Source of the DNA: Balanoglossus misakiensis
Lineage: Eukaryota > Animalia > Hemichordata
Reading direction: 5' to 3'
Assembly (NCBI GenBank): GCA_040954595.2
Contig: CM082576.2
Location: forward strand, 15,423,028 to 15,487,027
Length of the DNA: 64,000 bases
The translations under genes and the position numbers were made by a program. The notes beneath the pieces are model-generated. The model had not been told where the DNA came from. It did no database searches and worked only from the letters and a program-made list of their open reading frames with translations. Below, piece by piece: positions 13,601 to 25,866 of the stretch (its first letter is position 1; every line of letters begins with the position of its first letter).

Positions 13601-16600
13601 GTAGGGTGTGCCTAACACGACAGTAGTATATATTTGTGCTCAATTCACACGCCTGAGACTATATGATCTCGAAAGCTTGGTCAGAGCTTATACCGGATCA
13701 GGATTTGTTTGTATTGGGTTTTAGATGGGATCAAATATTTAAACCAATGCACATTAGTCAATGTAAGGCACACTTATGACGTTGATTTGTCATCATTACA
13801 AATCGATATGACCGACCGGTTACACAGGGAACGCCAATGTTCAATTTGCACGAAATCAATTAATTAATGTTTATATTTTAATTAATTAATGTTTTTATTT
13901 TCTTCAATTTCCCATTCAAAGCTTATTTCATTTGACCGCCATTATCCAGTGAGGAAGCCTTAACTTGTTAGAGTTACATGGGGCTTTTTAAACAGGCAAT
14001 AATAAACCGGAATAAAACTCAAATCAATAAGCCATGTAGTTCGGATACTATAAACGTCATAAGAACTTTAGAGGTGGATGAACTCTGCCTGTAGACAGAA
14101 AAAGCTCACATTCACATTCAGTGACACTGGCACATAAAACACAGCGTAAACAAACTGAACCCCAGAACTGTAGTATTTTGACAGCGAAAAGTCAGGCGTT
14201 TCCCGCTCCAGTGGCAAATAATTGCGAAACCCCGTGGGATACCCCACTGGAGAATAATAGAAACGTGTACATGATTTCCGTGCGGTTTAATTAAAATTTA
14301 CCGCGATAACAATGGCACCCGACGTGTTATTCACAAGATCCGTGGGGAAATCTACCGCAAATGTTCGGCTACTACTTTCGTTCGCATTCTGTCGTTAAAC
14401 AACCTGTTCAAACTGAACTGTTCAGACTGAAACCTGGGATGTCACAGGTCATAGGTCAAAGTTCACCCGACATACTCACCATTGTCACTTCGGCAATGTT
14501 ATCGATGCGACTGATAAACAAATCAACGTTGACAATCACCGCATCACCTGTTAACAGTGAAAAAAAAATAATTGTCCTATTAGTTTGTTGTGTTCAAGAT
14601 TTCGGTTACAAAACCAAAATAACCCTTACTTGGGAGAAAAATGTAAAGCCCTTTTCTTCAATGTTGTATCAACATCAAAATGAGGCACAAAATGACCACA
14701 GCGTTGATTTGGACAAGAATTAATCATAGTGATTGTACGTGATAAGGCGATGGCATTAGTACATAGCTATCATTACAACGTGATCCAGCCAATGTGTCAC
14801 ATGTCTTGCCTGAGATGACTTAGTACCGTTTTCTGAAACATTTAAAACACATTGAACCGAGAACTTATCCTCCCGGGGGCTCTCGACAGTTCCTTCTGAT
14901 CTTTTACATGTTTAATTCCACCCGCACTTTTCATACAATAGGCGCATTATTAACTCACATCTAATGTGTCATGGCCTACTCTCCGGAAGTTTCATTGCTC
15001 AGGGTAGTATTCAGAGGTCCCTTTTGCAGGAGTTCTGTTCAAGTGCTTGCAGGAGGGCATATTTTAATAATTGCTGAATACAGTCATGGAGTGATAAAGT
15101 ACAAACTCTGTGAATACTGTCGAAGCAGACACAAGAATGTTACAAGACACGTTTCTGTTCACATTCAAAGTGTTAGAATTATGGTAAGCTGAAACAGTTA
15201 GAATTACTGTAAACTGAAACAGTTTATTAAGAAAAAATCATCCTCGATTTACGACACCTATTTCTCGGCGGATAAGAATTAAATATCGATGGCAGATGGT
15301 GACTGGGCTTTTTACGTGTCCCTTAAGGCGAAGGTCATTTCTCTTATTTAACGTTAATCATATCATTGTTGTCGATGGGTCCTTGTCATTATTATCTAAC
15401 ATCGACAGCTGAAGTACGCCATTGTCAGGTCGGATGTGACATACGCAGTGCACCATACAATATTTCAGCACCGTGCCCACGTCACTCTCTCCGAGCATAA
15501 TTTATTTAGTGTGTCTGACTCCGGGGTACATCATTCCCCGGGGTATGTAAACACCGGGGAAGTGAGCCGTGTTCCTCTGATATCATCACAATTGGAAATA
15601 TTGATAACCGATGAATGCGTGTCTGAAGAGGTCTTTGTAAGTTGCTGGGGTATAAGATATGAAATGAACGTAACTTGAGTGAGATGTAGATGAAGTATTG
15701 AAAGTTGATCTGGACGCCGATTATGTTTACCATCTTCTGAATGGCCTCCAAATTAGATCGCCCAAATTCGAGCATTAACGAGTTGGATTTTTGAATTGCA
15801 CCGCCAAGTAACAAACACTTAATCAGGTCTGGGATTAACACCGTGAATTCAGTTGCTCGGATATCCTGGGGGGAGAAGTCTGCACCGTCAATTTCCAATC
15901 GACGCCAACGAAGCAATGAGATAAAGCAGAACAAAACCAAACCGCCTGTATCCGGATCTAATCCACGTATAGATCGTGATAAAAATTTCAAAGCTACAGA
16001 AGATGCTTCCGAAATTCCCTTAATCGCTGACGACATCTTTTAACAAAAATGGCATTTGGGAATTCAGTGAAACATTTACAACCAAACCGAGTGTGCTGAC
16101 GTCTGACCTAAAGAAAGGTCACAAGCGCGATATATCCTACATGTCAGTGTGAACCTTTTGGTAACTACATGTAATTATATTGCCTCGCTAAGAGAAGGGC
16201 AATTAACATGAGCAAGTATCACTTTGACATTATGTGTTTCCAACAAGGTCTTAGGAGATGTATTATTATTTTTTCTTGACGATGCCATCAGTGGATTTGT
16301 TAAAATGGCACTTAAACAATTACCATTTCAGTCACGTGTACAAGCATGGAATACCGTTCTCCAATTTTTATTCCAGAAGGATAGATGAGGGAAATTATTA
16401 CAATACACCCCAAATTGCAACACACAAGTTACAAAATTTTCCTATGTTTGGATTCTCACATGACATTGCTAACAAGAGATATTTACGACCCTTTCCGTTG
16501 TTAACATTCGAGCTACATACCACATAGTAAGTTACAATTAAATCATCTGACATAAAACACGGTGTCATTTCCTTAGTACCAAAGCATTAATGAACGGTAT

Positions 16601-18457
16601 ACTTGTTTATGTGGATGTTTTGCTAGATGCAAAAACATGCTTCGTACTCTAGGGACGAGGGGACAGTGTGAGGACGTTCATTAATCCATCTTGATCTGTC
16701 AACGTAAAAAAAAAAACTAAATTCTCTCGAGGAATGCAGTTACAAGCATTTATCAGGACATCCAGAAATTAGAAGAAAAATGTACCAACGTTAATAGGTA
16801 GAACATAAATCAACAGGCTAAAGTGTCGTGAAAACTCATCAATATCATAGCCTCTCTGCTAAAAAGAATTCAAATTTCCAAGTTTCTTTAACTCATTATT
16901 CTTGCGAGGAATGTCGGCGAATCCAGCCTGTTGACAAATCGTAGTTTCAATGAAAACGGATCTGATTTCTAAAACATTGTTTGGCCACGTGCACAAAATA
17001 CCAACAAGACAATAAAAGTCTAAGAAATTCATCAGTGACGCATTCTAACGTGAAAACCGATACCTCAGTTAACTGAGGCTGAATTAAATATGTAATTTAA
17101 GCTTGATATCACAGCACTTGAAAAAATGATACAATAAAGATTTGAACAACGCATTCATTGCAATTATGACATCATGACAAAAAACTGATATTTTGCTTTA
17201 ACCTTACCGTACGTTAGGCCAAATAAAAAAAAAATATGTTCTTTTCCGATTACCCGACCTACCCTAATTTTAGCCCGCCGTCATTACTCTACACTACGTG
17301 GCCAAAGATATAAAAATGCAAAGTAAAATAATTTCCGTACTTATACCTACCCTATTTTTGAAAAACATGTAATCGGAACAGCACATGATATTTTTTTGGC
17401 CTTAAATTACAAGGTATTGTTAAAGGGCCATTTGTTATTGACTCTTTGATTTCTCCTGTTCCCGTATGTACAGAATAAAAGTCAATTGTTTAGATCTATA
17501 AAAATGCTCACGCCAAGAAATATGGGCCTTTAAGCCCATAATATATCTGTTCAGTTCAACCAAACTTTGCATGATGGGATTAAAACACGAACATAACGTA
17601 AACTGTACGTAGAGTTTGTCATGCGTGAATTTAACATTCGCGTAATCCCAATTGCAATATATTTGCCCTCATGATTTCGCTTGATAACAAACCGACAGAA
17701 AGATTGATAACGACACATGCTATTGGATGGTAAAACGTGAAATGTCGTGCCATCACCGGTATTTTAATGGATAAATATGAATTTTCCTCTCAGTGTTTGA
17801 GTGATGATGTTTTCATGCAGTACATTTTTTGTTATTTCGCGTTTTTTTTTTAGAAAATGCCTCGCTGTTTGAATTCATGAGATGTCCTTATGGCGATGCA
17901 ACTCGCCATATTCGACTTGAGGGCCCAACTCTTGTTGGGGTTTACCAGGCTTACCTCATAAAATAACGTCGAATAAAATAAAATAGTACAATAAAGATTT
18001 ATTACATTTGGCCTGTCGTTTCACTGTCATGAATTTGAAACCATCTCACACGTGTGTAAAATATCAGTAATAGTATGTGTGACAAGCAAATGCACATACC
18101 GTATATGATGCTATATCAAAATGAAATAAATGTACAAAATGCAATGAGTGAAATGAGCTACCCACCATCAAAATTGGGGCGAATTCTCCTGTCATAGCCG
18201 GTGAGAAGGTTATCAACGAACTGCGACGTCCAGCTGATATTGCGCTGGACTGCCGGCTGCATGGAAGTTTCGTTCTCGTGACTGGGAGACCAGGGCGATG
18301 ATGGTGAAAATCGTTGATGGGATCCCGTGCTGATTACAGGAAATGGCGTCGTGATTCTGTCCACTGGCGAATATGGCTGTCCATCTGTGAAGGATCTGTG
18401 AATCAAAACCAGAAGAAACGCGTACCTGAGCACAGACATCGCTTGGCGTTCAAACAT
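1358..18457 (-). CDS. Glycine-receptor-like anion-selective Cys-loop ligand-gated ion channel subunit (multi-exon, ~470 aa)
   Basis: Exons 18166-18457 (or -18395), 14480-14547, 9008-9228, 8411-8493, 7274-7411, 6064-6293, 3290-3406 and 1358-1627 join in frame through GT-AG introns (1419 nt from the 18457 ATG). Motifs: [25 protein letters not shown], Cys-loop [15 protein letters not shown], loop-[14 protein letters not shown]1-M4, and PAR at the start of M2. Confidence 0.95.
1665..1780 (+). repeat. Partial copy of the arm of the 11559-12747 inverted repeat
   Basis: AGCAAC..CAAACT..ACACCGTATTTCT..AAAGAGGC..TTGCGCAGTTGAAGT aligns by eye with 11567-11698. Confidence 0.75.
1795..2081 (+). mobile_element. 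MITE, PIF/Harbinger (Tourist)-like, family A
   Basis: GGCC...GGCC termini, TAA TSD at 1792-1794 and 2082-2084; homologous to 11250, 17217 and 24119. Confidence 0.85.
3290..3406 (-). CDS. GlyR-like exon (M3)
   Basis: gcag|GCG ... AAG|gtaac; encodes [24 protein letters not shown]. Confidence 0.92.
3444..3500. repeat. (ATATG)n microsatellite
   Basis: Direct reading of the sequence. Confidence 0.95.
6064..6293 (-). CDS. GlyR-like exon (end of loop C, M1, M2)
   Basis: tgtag|GT ... ACA|gtgagt; encodes GNFSC...[17 protein letters not shown]...[13 protein letters not shown]...LPKVSYIT. Confidence 0.95.
7274..7411 (-). CDS. GlyR-like exon (loops B to C)
   Basis: ttag|AT ... G|gtgaat; 138 nt; encodes [12 protein letters not shown]...CDKLYYTG. 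Confidence 0.92.
8411..8493 (-). CDS. GlyR-like exon (Cys-loop); absent from the ORF track
   Basis: ttcacag|A ... T|gtaagt; 83 nt; encodes [28 protein letters not shown]. Confidence 0.95.
8735..8974. mobile_element. Truncated copy of the TTAA fold-back MITE (family B)
   Basis: Inner hairpin and right arm match 42400-42748 and 45281-45628; ends ACTTTGTCCCT|TTAA; left arm missing. Confidence 0.8.
9008..9228 (-). CDS. GlyR-like exon (loops D, A, E)
   Basis: ttccag|GAT ... AG|gtaat; encodes [17 protein letters not shown]...[11 protein letters not shown]...LYSMR. Confidence 0.95.
9302..9751. repeat. 76-bp minisatellite, ~6 copies
   Basis: Unit ATGTGGGTAAAAGCATGTGC...CTTAGCTATAT starts at 9302, 9378, 9454, 9530, 9606 and 9681. 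Confidence 0.95.
10006..10069. repeat. 31-bp tandem duplication
   Basis: TGTGATAGTGTCGGTACAGGGTAATGAATTC present twice in tandem. Confidence 0.9.
11250..11534 (+). mobile_element. MITE family A copy with degenerate ends
   Basis: Internal sequence near-identical by eye to 1795-2081; preceded by TTA. Confidence 0.8.
11559..12747. repeat. Long inverted repeat / fold-back element (arms ~11559-11828 and ~12455-12747)
   Basis: ~270-290 bp arms are reverse complements, e.g. GGGACATTTGCGCTTGAACGGACTGGGTTCC vs GGAACCCAGTCCGTTCAAGCGCAAATGTCCC. No clear TSD. Confidence 0.9.
14480..14547 (-). CDS. GlyR-like 68-nt exon; absent from the ORF track
   Basis: aacag|GT ... ATG|gtgagt; encodes [23 protein letters not shown], aligning with GlyR [23 protein letters not shown]. 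Confidence 0.92.
17217..17401 (+). mobile_element. MITE family A, internally deleted copy
   Basis: GGCC termini with TTA TSD at 17214-17216 and 17402-17404. Confidence 0.85.
18166..18457 (-). CDS. GlyR-like N-terminal exon (own ATG at 18457, or internal acceptor at 18395)
   Basis: Encodes [19 protein letters not shown]; phase-1 donor G|gtgggt; phase-2 acceptor ttcttctggttttgattcacag|A at 18395. Confidence 0.85.
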
Positions 18458-21400
18458 CTCTGCGCGCTAGCCAGCTGATGTTTTAAAACGAACGTCTAAA
18501 AATAGTGGACATGCGCAGAGCAGACAAAGGACCTTCGCTCAAGATAGTAGTGCGTCACGTCTGATTAAAAAAAAGCTAGTAATTAATTTCGCTTTCACTG
18601 GCTCGAATCAGAAATCATTGAAAACCCCAAAATAATCATGCCCTATAAAATGTAGATCTTCTGAGAGGGATTTCTTGAAGAGCTGACGTAAAGCTCCAAG
18701 AAGCGACTTACTTTGACCAACACAGATTGAACCAAAGCGACATCACACAGATGCAGATAAATATTATTTCCCTTTGGCAATGAATGCTCGTTAGCACGAA
18801 CGCACCGAGCAAACTTTAATGGTTTCAGCTTGGCAAACAAACATTTCTACCGATTAACTTCTGCATTGTGTTAATTTCATTAGACACGACAGACTAATTT
18901 CACGACGCAAGAAAGAAGGTCGTCTTGAATTCATTAACTAATGACAATTACAGAATGGCTGAGGATATTTGGCGCTTAATTACACTGTACCTCGAAGCTA
19001 GAGTTATGGTTTATGGACCCGACGAATTTCCCGTCAGTAAATAGTGACCATTACTCACAGGGAATGACAGGAAGGGCAAGAAGAAGAAGAAAGGATGAGG
19101 GGTCTCATCAGATACATGGGATCAAACTTGAGTTTCAGAAATCTATCTTAACTTACAAGGTGACCTTCTAGGAGAAGGATAATTAATTAGTTTTAGGCGC
19201 CAAATATCTTTCAATTAATTTGAGCGAGTATTACTTTGGAGAGTAAGAAATTAAAAAGAATGCAATTTTCCTCGTTCACTTTGACACTGGGGAGTTTTAG
19301 GTGTTTCCCCAAAACAAGGGATAATAGTTATTCATTTAAAAAAAAGCAATAAATGGATTCTGGGAATGTTCATATTATATGGTTACTTTGTGGTAGAGGG
19401 TCCAAGTAAAAGGCATTCTGTCATAAGTTGATAGAAATTACTCCAGACAACTGTGGCTTTTTTCAAAATTTCCATAATGTACTAAATATGACTCCGAGTT
19501 GGGTTTTTAGGATAAAATTAACTCAAAAGACAATCAAGTATGTGCCACATTGTCAATGACGTACTTACATGTGTACAAAGTATGTCATTGAACAAAGATG
19601 TGTATGACTACAGTACAATGTGTATCAAATAACAATAACTCGAGGTTATGCATCTAAATTTAACCCTAAACCCACAACAGAAGCAGTATCCATGGCGCGG
19701 TCGCTGACAGAATAAGCAAGTGCTGGCTACAAATAATTCGCCCGGTTTATCTCCTTGCCGGCGATGCTGGGGCTAACCAATCTAGGATGTTCTCTCTTAA
19801 AATTAAGAATAACAATCGGGGTCACCGTGCAAAATATTGAATGATAGAGAAAATTTGTCTCTTGAGTTGTCAATGCAAAATGGCATTACATTCAGCACTG
19901 ACTGAATGCATATCTTTTTTTTTACTCTGGTCGAGGCCACTGTTGTTATGCATAATTAATAAAAACAAGTGACCAATTAACTTGCAAAACTTTGTCAAGT
20001 TCATTCAATAAACTGACCGAATGCAACACTCATGCATTTAATTAATTATATTATATATAAATTATTGTGGAATTTCTTTGGTTATATTCCTCTGAGAATA
20101 GTCGCGTCGCGAGGAGTTACCGCGCATTTTGTTCATTGCCTCTAAATTGGTAATGCCCTGTGCGGAACTCAGTCGCCGCAAGACCTCACCCAACTCAATT
20201 TTTATCAATTTCCAACACGTGGTAACCTTCACTGTAGTTCAGAGAACACACCTGGGCAACTTGGGACACAAACGCCGCATAAACAAAAGTGGTTATCGCT
20301 CCCAGGAGGGATGACTGGTGCTGCGGATAGATATAACTGTAACACAACACATTACAAAACAAAGTGTCGTGTACGTCACTATAACCACAGATATCTTCCA
20401 TAAAGTCATCGGATGAATCACCGACAACTTTAGTGTTTCCTTCTGGGATTACGCAGAGACGTAATCTCGTCTTCAGTGGCAAATTCTCTAAAATGTCACT
20501 CACCTAACCTCATATGAATAAACAGTGTGCTTTTAAGACCTACAATGCACAACGTGTAAGCCAAAGTCTTTCAAGGCTCCTCTGGGATATGTATCGTGCG
20601 AAAAGTAAATTTTCATTTCGAAATGGCTTACTTTGCTTTATTGAACTCATAACAAAAGTCCAACACGAACTCATTTATTTCCGTACCCTTACCTCAAAAA
20701 GGACTTCAAGTATGCATTGTGGTTCGCGGGGATACTATTAAGCATGTATTATCATGATTCTTTCCCATACTAAGATGTAAACATATTGCGGCCAAATATT
20801 ATTGAGTTGTTGACACCATACCTACCCAAGTCACCCATGCACGAATTCCAATCGCATAAGAAATACTAGTAGTCCAGCAGAAAGAAAACGCATGTGGACA
20901 ATTGGTGGCATCTTGTATTATACAATTAGTCGGCTTTGACACATACTGCATACAGAACAACTAACGACAGTCTTGATGGCGCATAAGCTGAATTTGGCCA
21001 ATATAGATAGAGACCATCCGGTACCAACTCGTCAATCGAAATATCGGGAGAGACATATGGATTAGAGATGTGACATTCAAACGAATGTAGCACAGAATAC
21101 TAAATGTCGTGGTTATTAATAAAATGCATTTAATGTGACTAATAAAACACGCATCGACGGTTTACATGAAGACTATCCTGTTAATTTTCTGAAATATCAC
21201 TACAGGGGATGGCAGTATACATGTGGGAAATACCTTTGTATGTGTTGGAATTAGAAATAATATTCAATGCTATCATCTAGATAAACTATTTTGCAAACAC
21301 TTGTATGTGGGTCATTGTGTTTGCTTGTTCCAAATTTGAAATGAAACTAACCCAGCTCTGGCACGTCTACAATATAACACCTGAGAGATGTACGGGGCCG

Positions 21401-24118
21401 CTCTCTAAAGTTGTGAATGTGAAAGGTCATATACTGTATGAGCGACAGGTAGATAACCTTCGACGCCGTAATTACAAGATACTATACCATCTTGTTGTTT
21501 TGCGGCCTTGAGGCAAATATACTGTGTGAGCGCTTAGCCACTCTGGCGACGGCGACGAAATCGGTTTTGCAGCTAAATAAGTTGATGAAAGCGATTAGGT
21601 CCCACAGTAAGACTAAGTAAAACTGACATCCCCGGCAGTTGTGTGTGTAGAACTGTCTGTCAAACTGTCATGTTTGTACAGACCCCCAAAACGCACAAAG
21701 AACATCCTGTCTTGCATTCTGAACACGATACCAGATATTGGAATTCATAGACATAAACAGGCAGAACATGACAAGTCCACATTTTCCATATCCAAAGTAA
21801 AAAATATTTGTCCTCGAAACCTTGCTATTCTTGGTTATATTGAAGTGTACAGAGAATCTTTTTGGACACAAAGAAAAACTGCAAAAAAGGTATTCATCCA
21901 TCGATAACTTCCACACATCAATGTAAATTTTGTACTATAACAGTTGTTTAATAGCCTAGATTTTGCGTAAGAGTTCAATATACACATGTTCGTTCCTCAT
22001 AAGTGAATACGTGTATGTATTGACTATAGTCTCCTTTCAATGAATTTGGTTAGAATCCCTTAATGGTTTCAGATGAACTTCCGTGTCATATAGCCTACCA
22101 TGTACGATTACTTTACATGAAAAATATCCCAACCTTCTCCATTTTATGCCGACACAACTATTTGAAGGTTAGTGTAACAGCTGGTCCTGTGCCGCGCCAA
22201 TTGAAACTGGGCGTTTCTGATGACTATTTTGGTGGTTTACAACATATTGCTCATGGTCAAATTGTACCTATATTAGGATACGTAAAGCGTTCCCTTTTCA
22301 GCAATGATGAAATCTACACATATGCATATTCGTTCGTAGATTTGTCATCTTTTGCGACGAATGTCCGTGGTTATGTTTACCTTCGTCGATTTCTGCAATG
22401 CGTGATTTAAAATGTTTACTCCCTATTAATTTGTGATTATCCACCATATTCATTGTTTTACCTTACTGTCAGCTCGAATGATCGACTAGACAGACTTAAA
22501 GCTTCTGGTGCAGTCTTTGTCGTCACTTGCAGTTGACGTCACCAATGTTCCGGTCGGGTTTTAAGAACGGTCGGGTCAGCTGAAGAGAGTTCAATATACG
22601 ATGCCAGGCTTATTTGACAACACATCAGATGATACATTTCCTTACAAATTGTAATCAGAACCTGGATCCTGAACAAATAGTTACAGCTAATATCATTTTA
22701 ACGCTTCATTTGTTTTGCTCAAATCCACCTACGAACCTGGCAATAAATTAACCCTTAACTCACGAAGCGACAATAAAGATTAAGTCTACAATATCTACAT
22801 ATAGATATTAGTGTTAACACCCGCCAATTTACATAGATATGTATGTCCATTAGATGATAGAGAGATCGGCAGGCAGACACTGATAAAGATGTGAAGCTCT
22901 GTGTAAACCAATTAAGCATGCATCAATTCCCAGACATGAGGCTTAAAGCCGTAATGTAATTTCAGTTACGTAATGGTGTCACCACGTTGATGAAAGCAAG
23001 TTATAACGCGAAATTAAAATTGATTATTTTTTAAAATTTTCCTGTCTCGGGGCTTGGTAAACGATACCCCGATCACGATTTTCAAGTAGAGAAATTTATG
23101 AGAGACCTGACATTGCTGACATAAATTTGGAGCATGAAACCCATTTTAATTGCATATTTCAGAATAGTATCGTTTATACTGTTGATCTATTCTGCTGTCA
23201 TATTTCAGGAGACTTGCATATGGCGGACTAAGGGATGATTTTAATTGCTTTTCTACTGACAATGTCTCAGTGATACGACTCAGTGTAAACGTATACGTTT
23301 TACTTCTTTGTCAAAATGCCCAGACGTACTGCCAACAAAATGTGACCATATTGATTGACTTGAAATTTTGGAAACATTGCTCGTTCCTGCGTGTTAATGT
23401 GCAAAGAGCGCGAGTGTGTCAATCGAGTCCAAATATCGACAATGGCGCTGGCGCTGAACCTTGATGTTTGACGTCCGTCTGGGGTTGGCGGATTAACCTA
23501 AGATCAATTTTAAGAAATGTGACTCTTGCATTCCCCGGCACAAGAGATCTGTTATCTCTACATGCCTGGCAATTTTGTGACATAAAGTTATTCGACTCAG
23601 CTCGTTAACTTTTTGGCATAATGATAAGAAGCTCTTGTCTTTAATGAGGCATGGTTGACATTACGGGGGTTTCAGATAAAAAAAAAGTAATTACCAACTT
23701 TATTCAAGCAACCGTTCACCCGAGGCTAATGTCGTCTATCCGTTCCTCCGGGCAACAAAAGAAGTCTGTTTCGCGGTCACAAAGTAGGAAAATACGTATT
23801 TCCATAAGCTTTCTGTCTAATATTGGAATTCGCCCATCTCCCGAACAGCAGCTGCTTTGTATTCTTGACTGAAGCAATGATTATGCAAGGCCTGTCACTG
23901 ATTACTTTTTGAACCAAATGCGTCTTCGTCACCTTATCTGAGTAAACGCCGCATTTCAATAAACCCTTCTGTTAGAGTTTAATGTCCCTCTCTAAAGCTA
24001 TCGTTTACATACACTGAATAGTTACTCGTCTTAAAGCCCCCCCCCCTCCTATTTAGCAGCACAATCACGCGAGCTGGATTGCGAATAAAAATATTTGGCC
24101 TTGCTTTCTGTGTGCTAA

Positions 24119-24434
24119 GGCCAAAAAAAATATATGCTGTTCCGATTACATGGTTTTAAAAAATAAGTTAGGTAGGTAGGGATTTTTTTTATTTTTGCGA
24201 TTTTTTTTTATTTCTCTGGCCGCCATAGTGTAGAAAATGACGTCATAGTTCTTGCGTGGTGCGCGCGATGTCGTCATGTTCTCGTGTATTTCACGCGATT
24301 TTCATTTATTTCGTATATTTCATATCGTTATTTTTACTTCCGGGTTTACGAAGCTCTAAAAAGTTTAGGGTCGGCGGGTTAAAATTAGGGTAGGTCGGGT
24401 AATCGGAACAGCACATATTTTTTTTATTTTGGCC
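24119..24434 (-). mobile_element. MITE family A, inverted copy
   Basis: GGCC termini, TAA TSD at 24116-24118 and 24435-24437; reverse complement of 1795-2081. Confidence 0.88.
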
Positions 24435-25780
24435 TAAGCAAAGTACAACATTAGCAACGTTACAAGGACGCCAACATGCGTATTTCAAATTGGTGTACTT
24501 GCAACGCAAATGTCGTGACTTATTTTGTCTCAACATCAAAGTGCGATTTAAATATCAGGTAAACAACATTAGTCATGTGCAACTCAATGTAATTGCTATG
24601 CGCCGGAATGGTCCTCATCGACGTGAACATGCTAAATAAGTGCCGACAGAAATCACAGCGGACGGCTTACGCTTGTGTAATCCTTATTTATTGCCAGAAG
24701 TAATCGACATGCAATGACAACCTAAGACATTTGGCTTGATCCCAATGCCCTAAAGAGAGATAATGATTAGCGTTACGAGTGTTTCTGTAAATAGCGTAGT
24801 TTCTTGATACAAATAGAAACGAGTCCTTTGACCTTTGTCACACGTCATACAGGTTTCCACAATATGCGAGTGGCAGAGTCAAATTCATTTGGATAATTTC
24901 AACGAATGTAACGTTTTTGTAATTTCCACAAGGTCGACATAGTAGATACCGGATTTGCTAGAAAACCTATGTACATAAGTATTCGAGGAAAGGTTTTGAT
25001 AGTCCCAGAGTTCACTGGCCAAAAAACATGATAGTAAATCGTTGACAAAACGTTTTGAGTTTTATCTTTTTGTTGTGTTCTTACATCTCAATTGCCACCA
25101 GCGTATATATTGAATTAACGTTATGTAAATCCGGTTAGATCTTGGTAAGGTCAGCGTCGTTCACAAAATGTCTCATTCATGGTTTGTCACGCTAAGGTAA
25201 CACGCAACTCGAAAATTAAGGTCTTAAAACTTTTCTCATATTTTCTCTTAGATTTGAGAATGAAAATTGGGGTAACTGTTTGATTCAGAGGGTCAAATAT
25301 TAAATCCAATACTTGGAATTCAAAAATGGCCGCACATCTGTGCGCTAATTGTAAAGAGAAACATTAAAGAAGTTATTTTTTGTGAAAAGCAGATGGTGAA
25401 CAGGCTGTTTTCTGCTCTGTTTTCAGAAATACTCATTCCACACTTTAATATAGTGATGAATTGAAAAGTTTCGATTGCTGTCATTTTTCTGAAAATCTGT
25501 CCCCAGGTACGTACTATCTCAAAGGATTCGAACGATTGAATTATTTTCAATGTCCAGTTTTTACCATTATTGATTATACGCTCACAGACTGACGCGCGCA
25601 CCTCTTTGCGTTTAAGTGACGGCAACAGACATTAAGCAGAATGAAGAGTTTATGCAATCGCTAATGACAGTTGCAACAAACGATAGAAAGGAAATGTAAA
25701 CACTCAAACGTTTGGAGACCATCTGCTGTACTCAGCTACGTGAGTCGTATTACACATGAATTGCAATCTTAGTCACCGGC

Positions 25781-25866
25781 TAGCTGCAATAATTGTAGCC
25801 CTCGGGCCTTTATAGTGGCTGCCCGTAGCCACCATAAAGGCTCATGGGCTACAATTATTGCAGCTA
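25781..25866. mobile_element. 86-bp hairpin element with a 10-bp TSD (Mutator-like MITE?)
   Basis: TAGCTGCAATAATTGTAGCCC ... GGGCTACAATTATTGCAGCTA flanked by perfect AGTCACCGGC repeats at 25771-25780 and 25867-25876. Confidence 0.8.

Noticed and set aside
14480-14547. Arg in DLFISR as the GluCl glutamate-binding loop-G arginine
   Set aside because: By alignment it lies one residue after the GluCl position, which is Ser here.
15506-16043. 176-aa minus-strand intronic ORF
   Set aside because: No recognisable motif, no place in the spliced channel frame, and no supported splice structure.
25194-25522. Old TTAA-type DNA element remnant, with similar decayed patches near 8000, 19800 and 41250
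   Set aside because: Termini too degenerate to define from this window alone.
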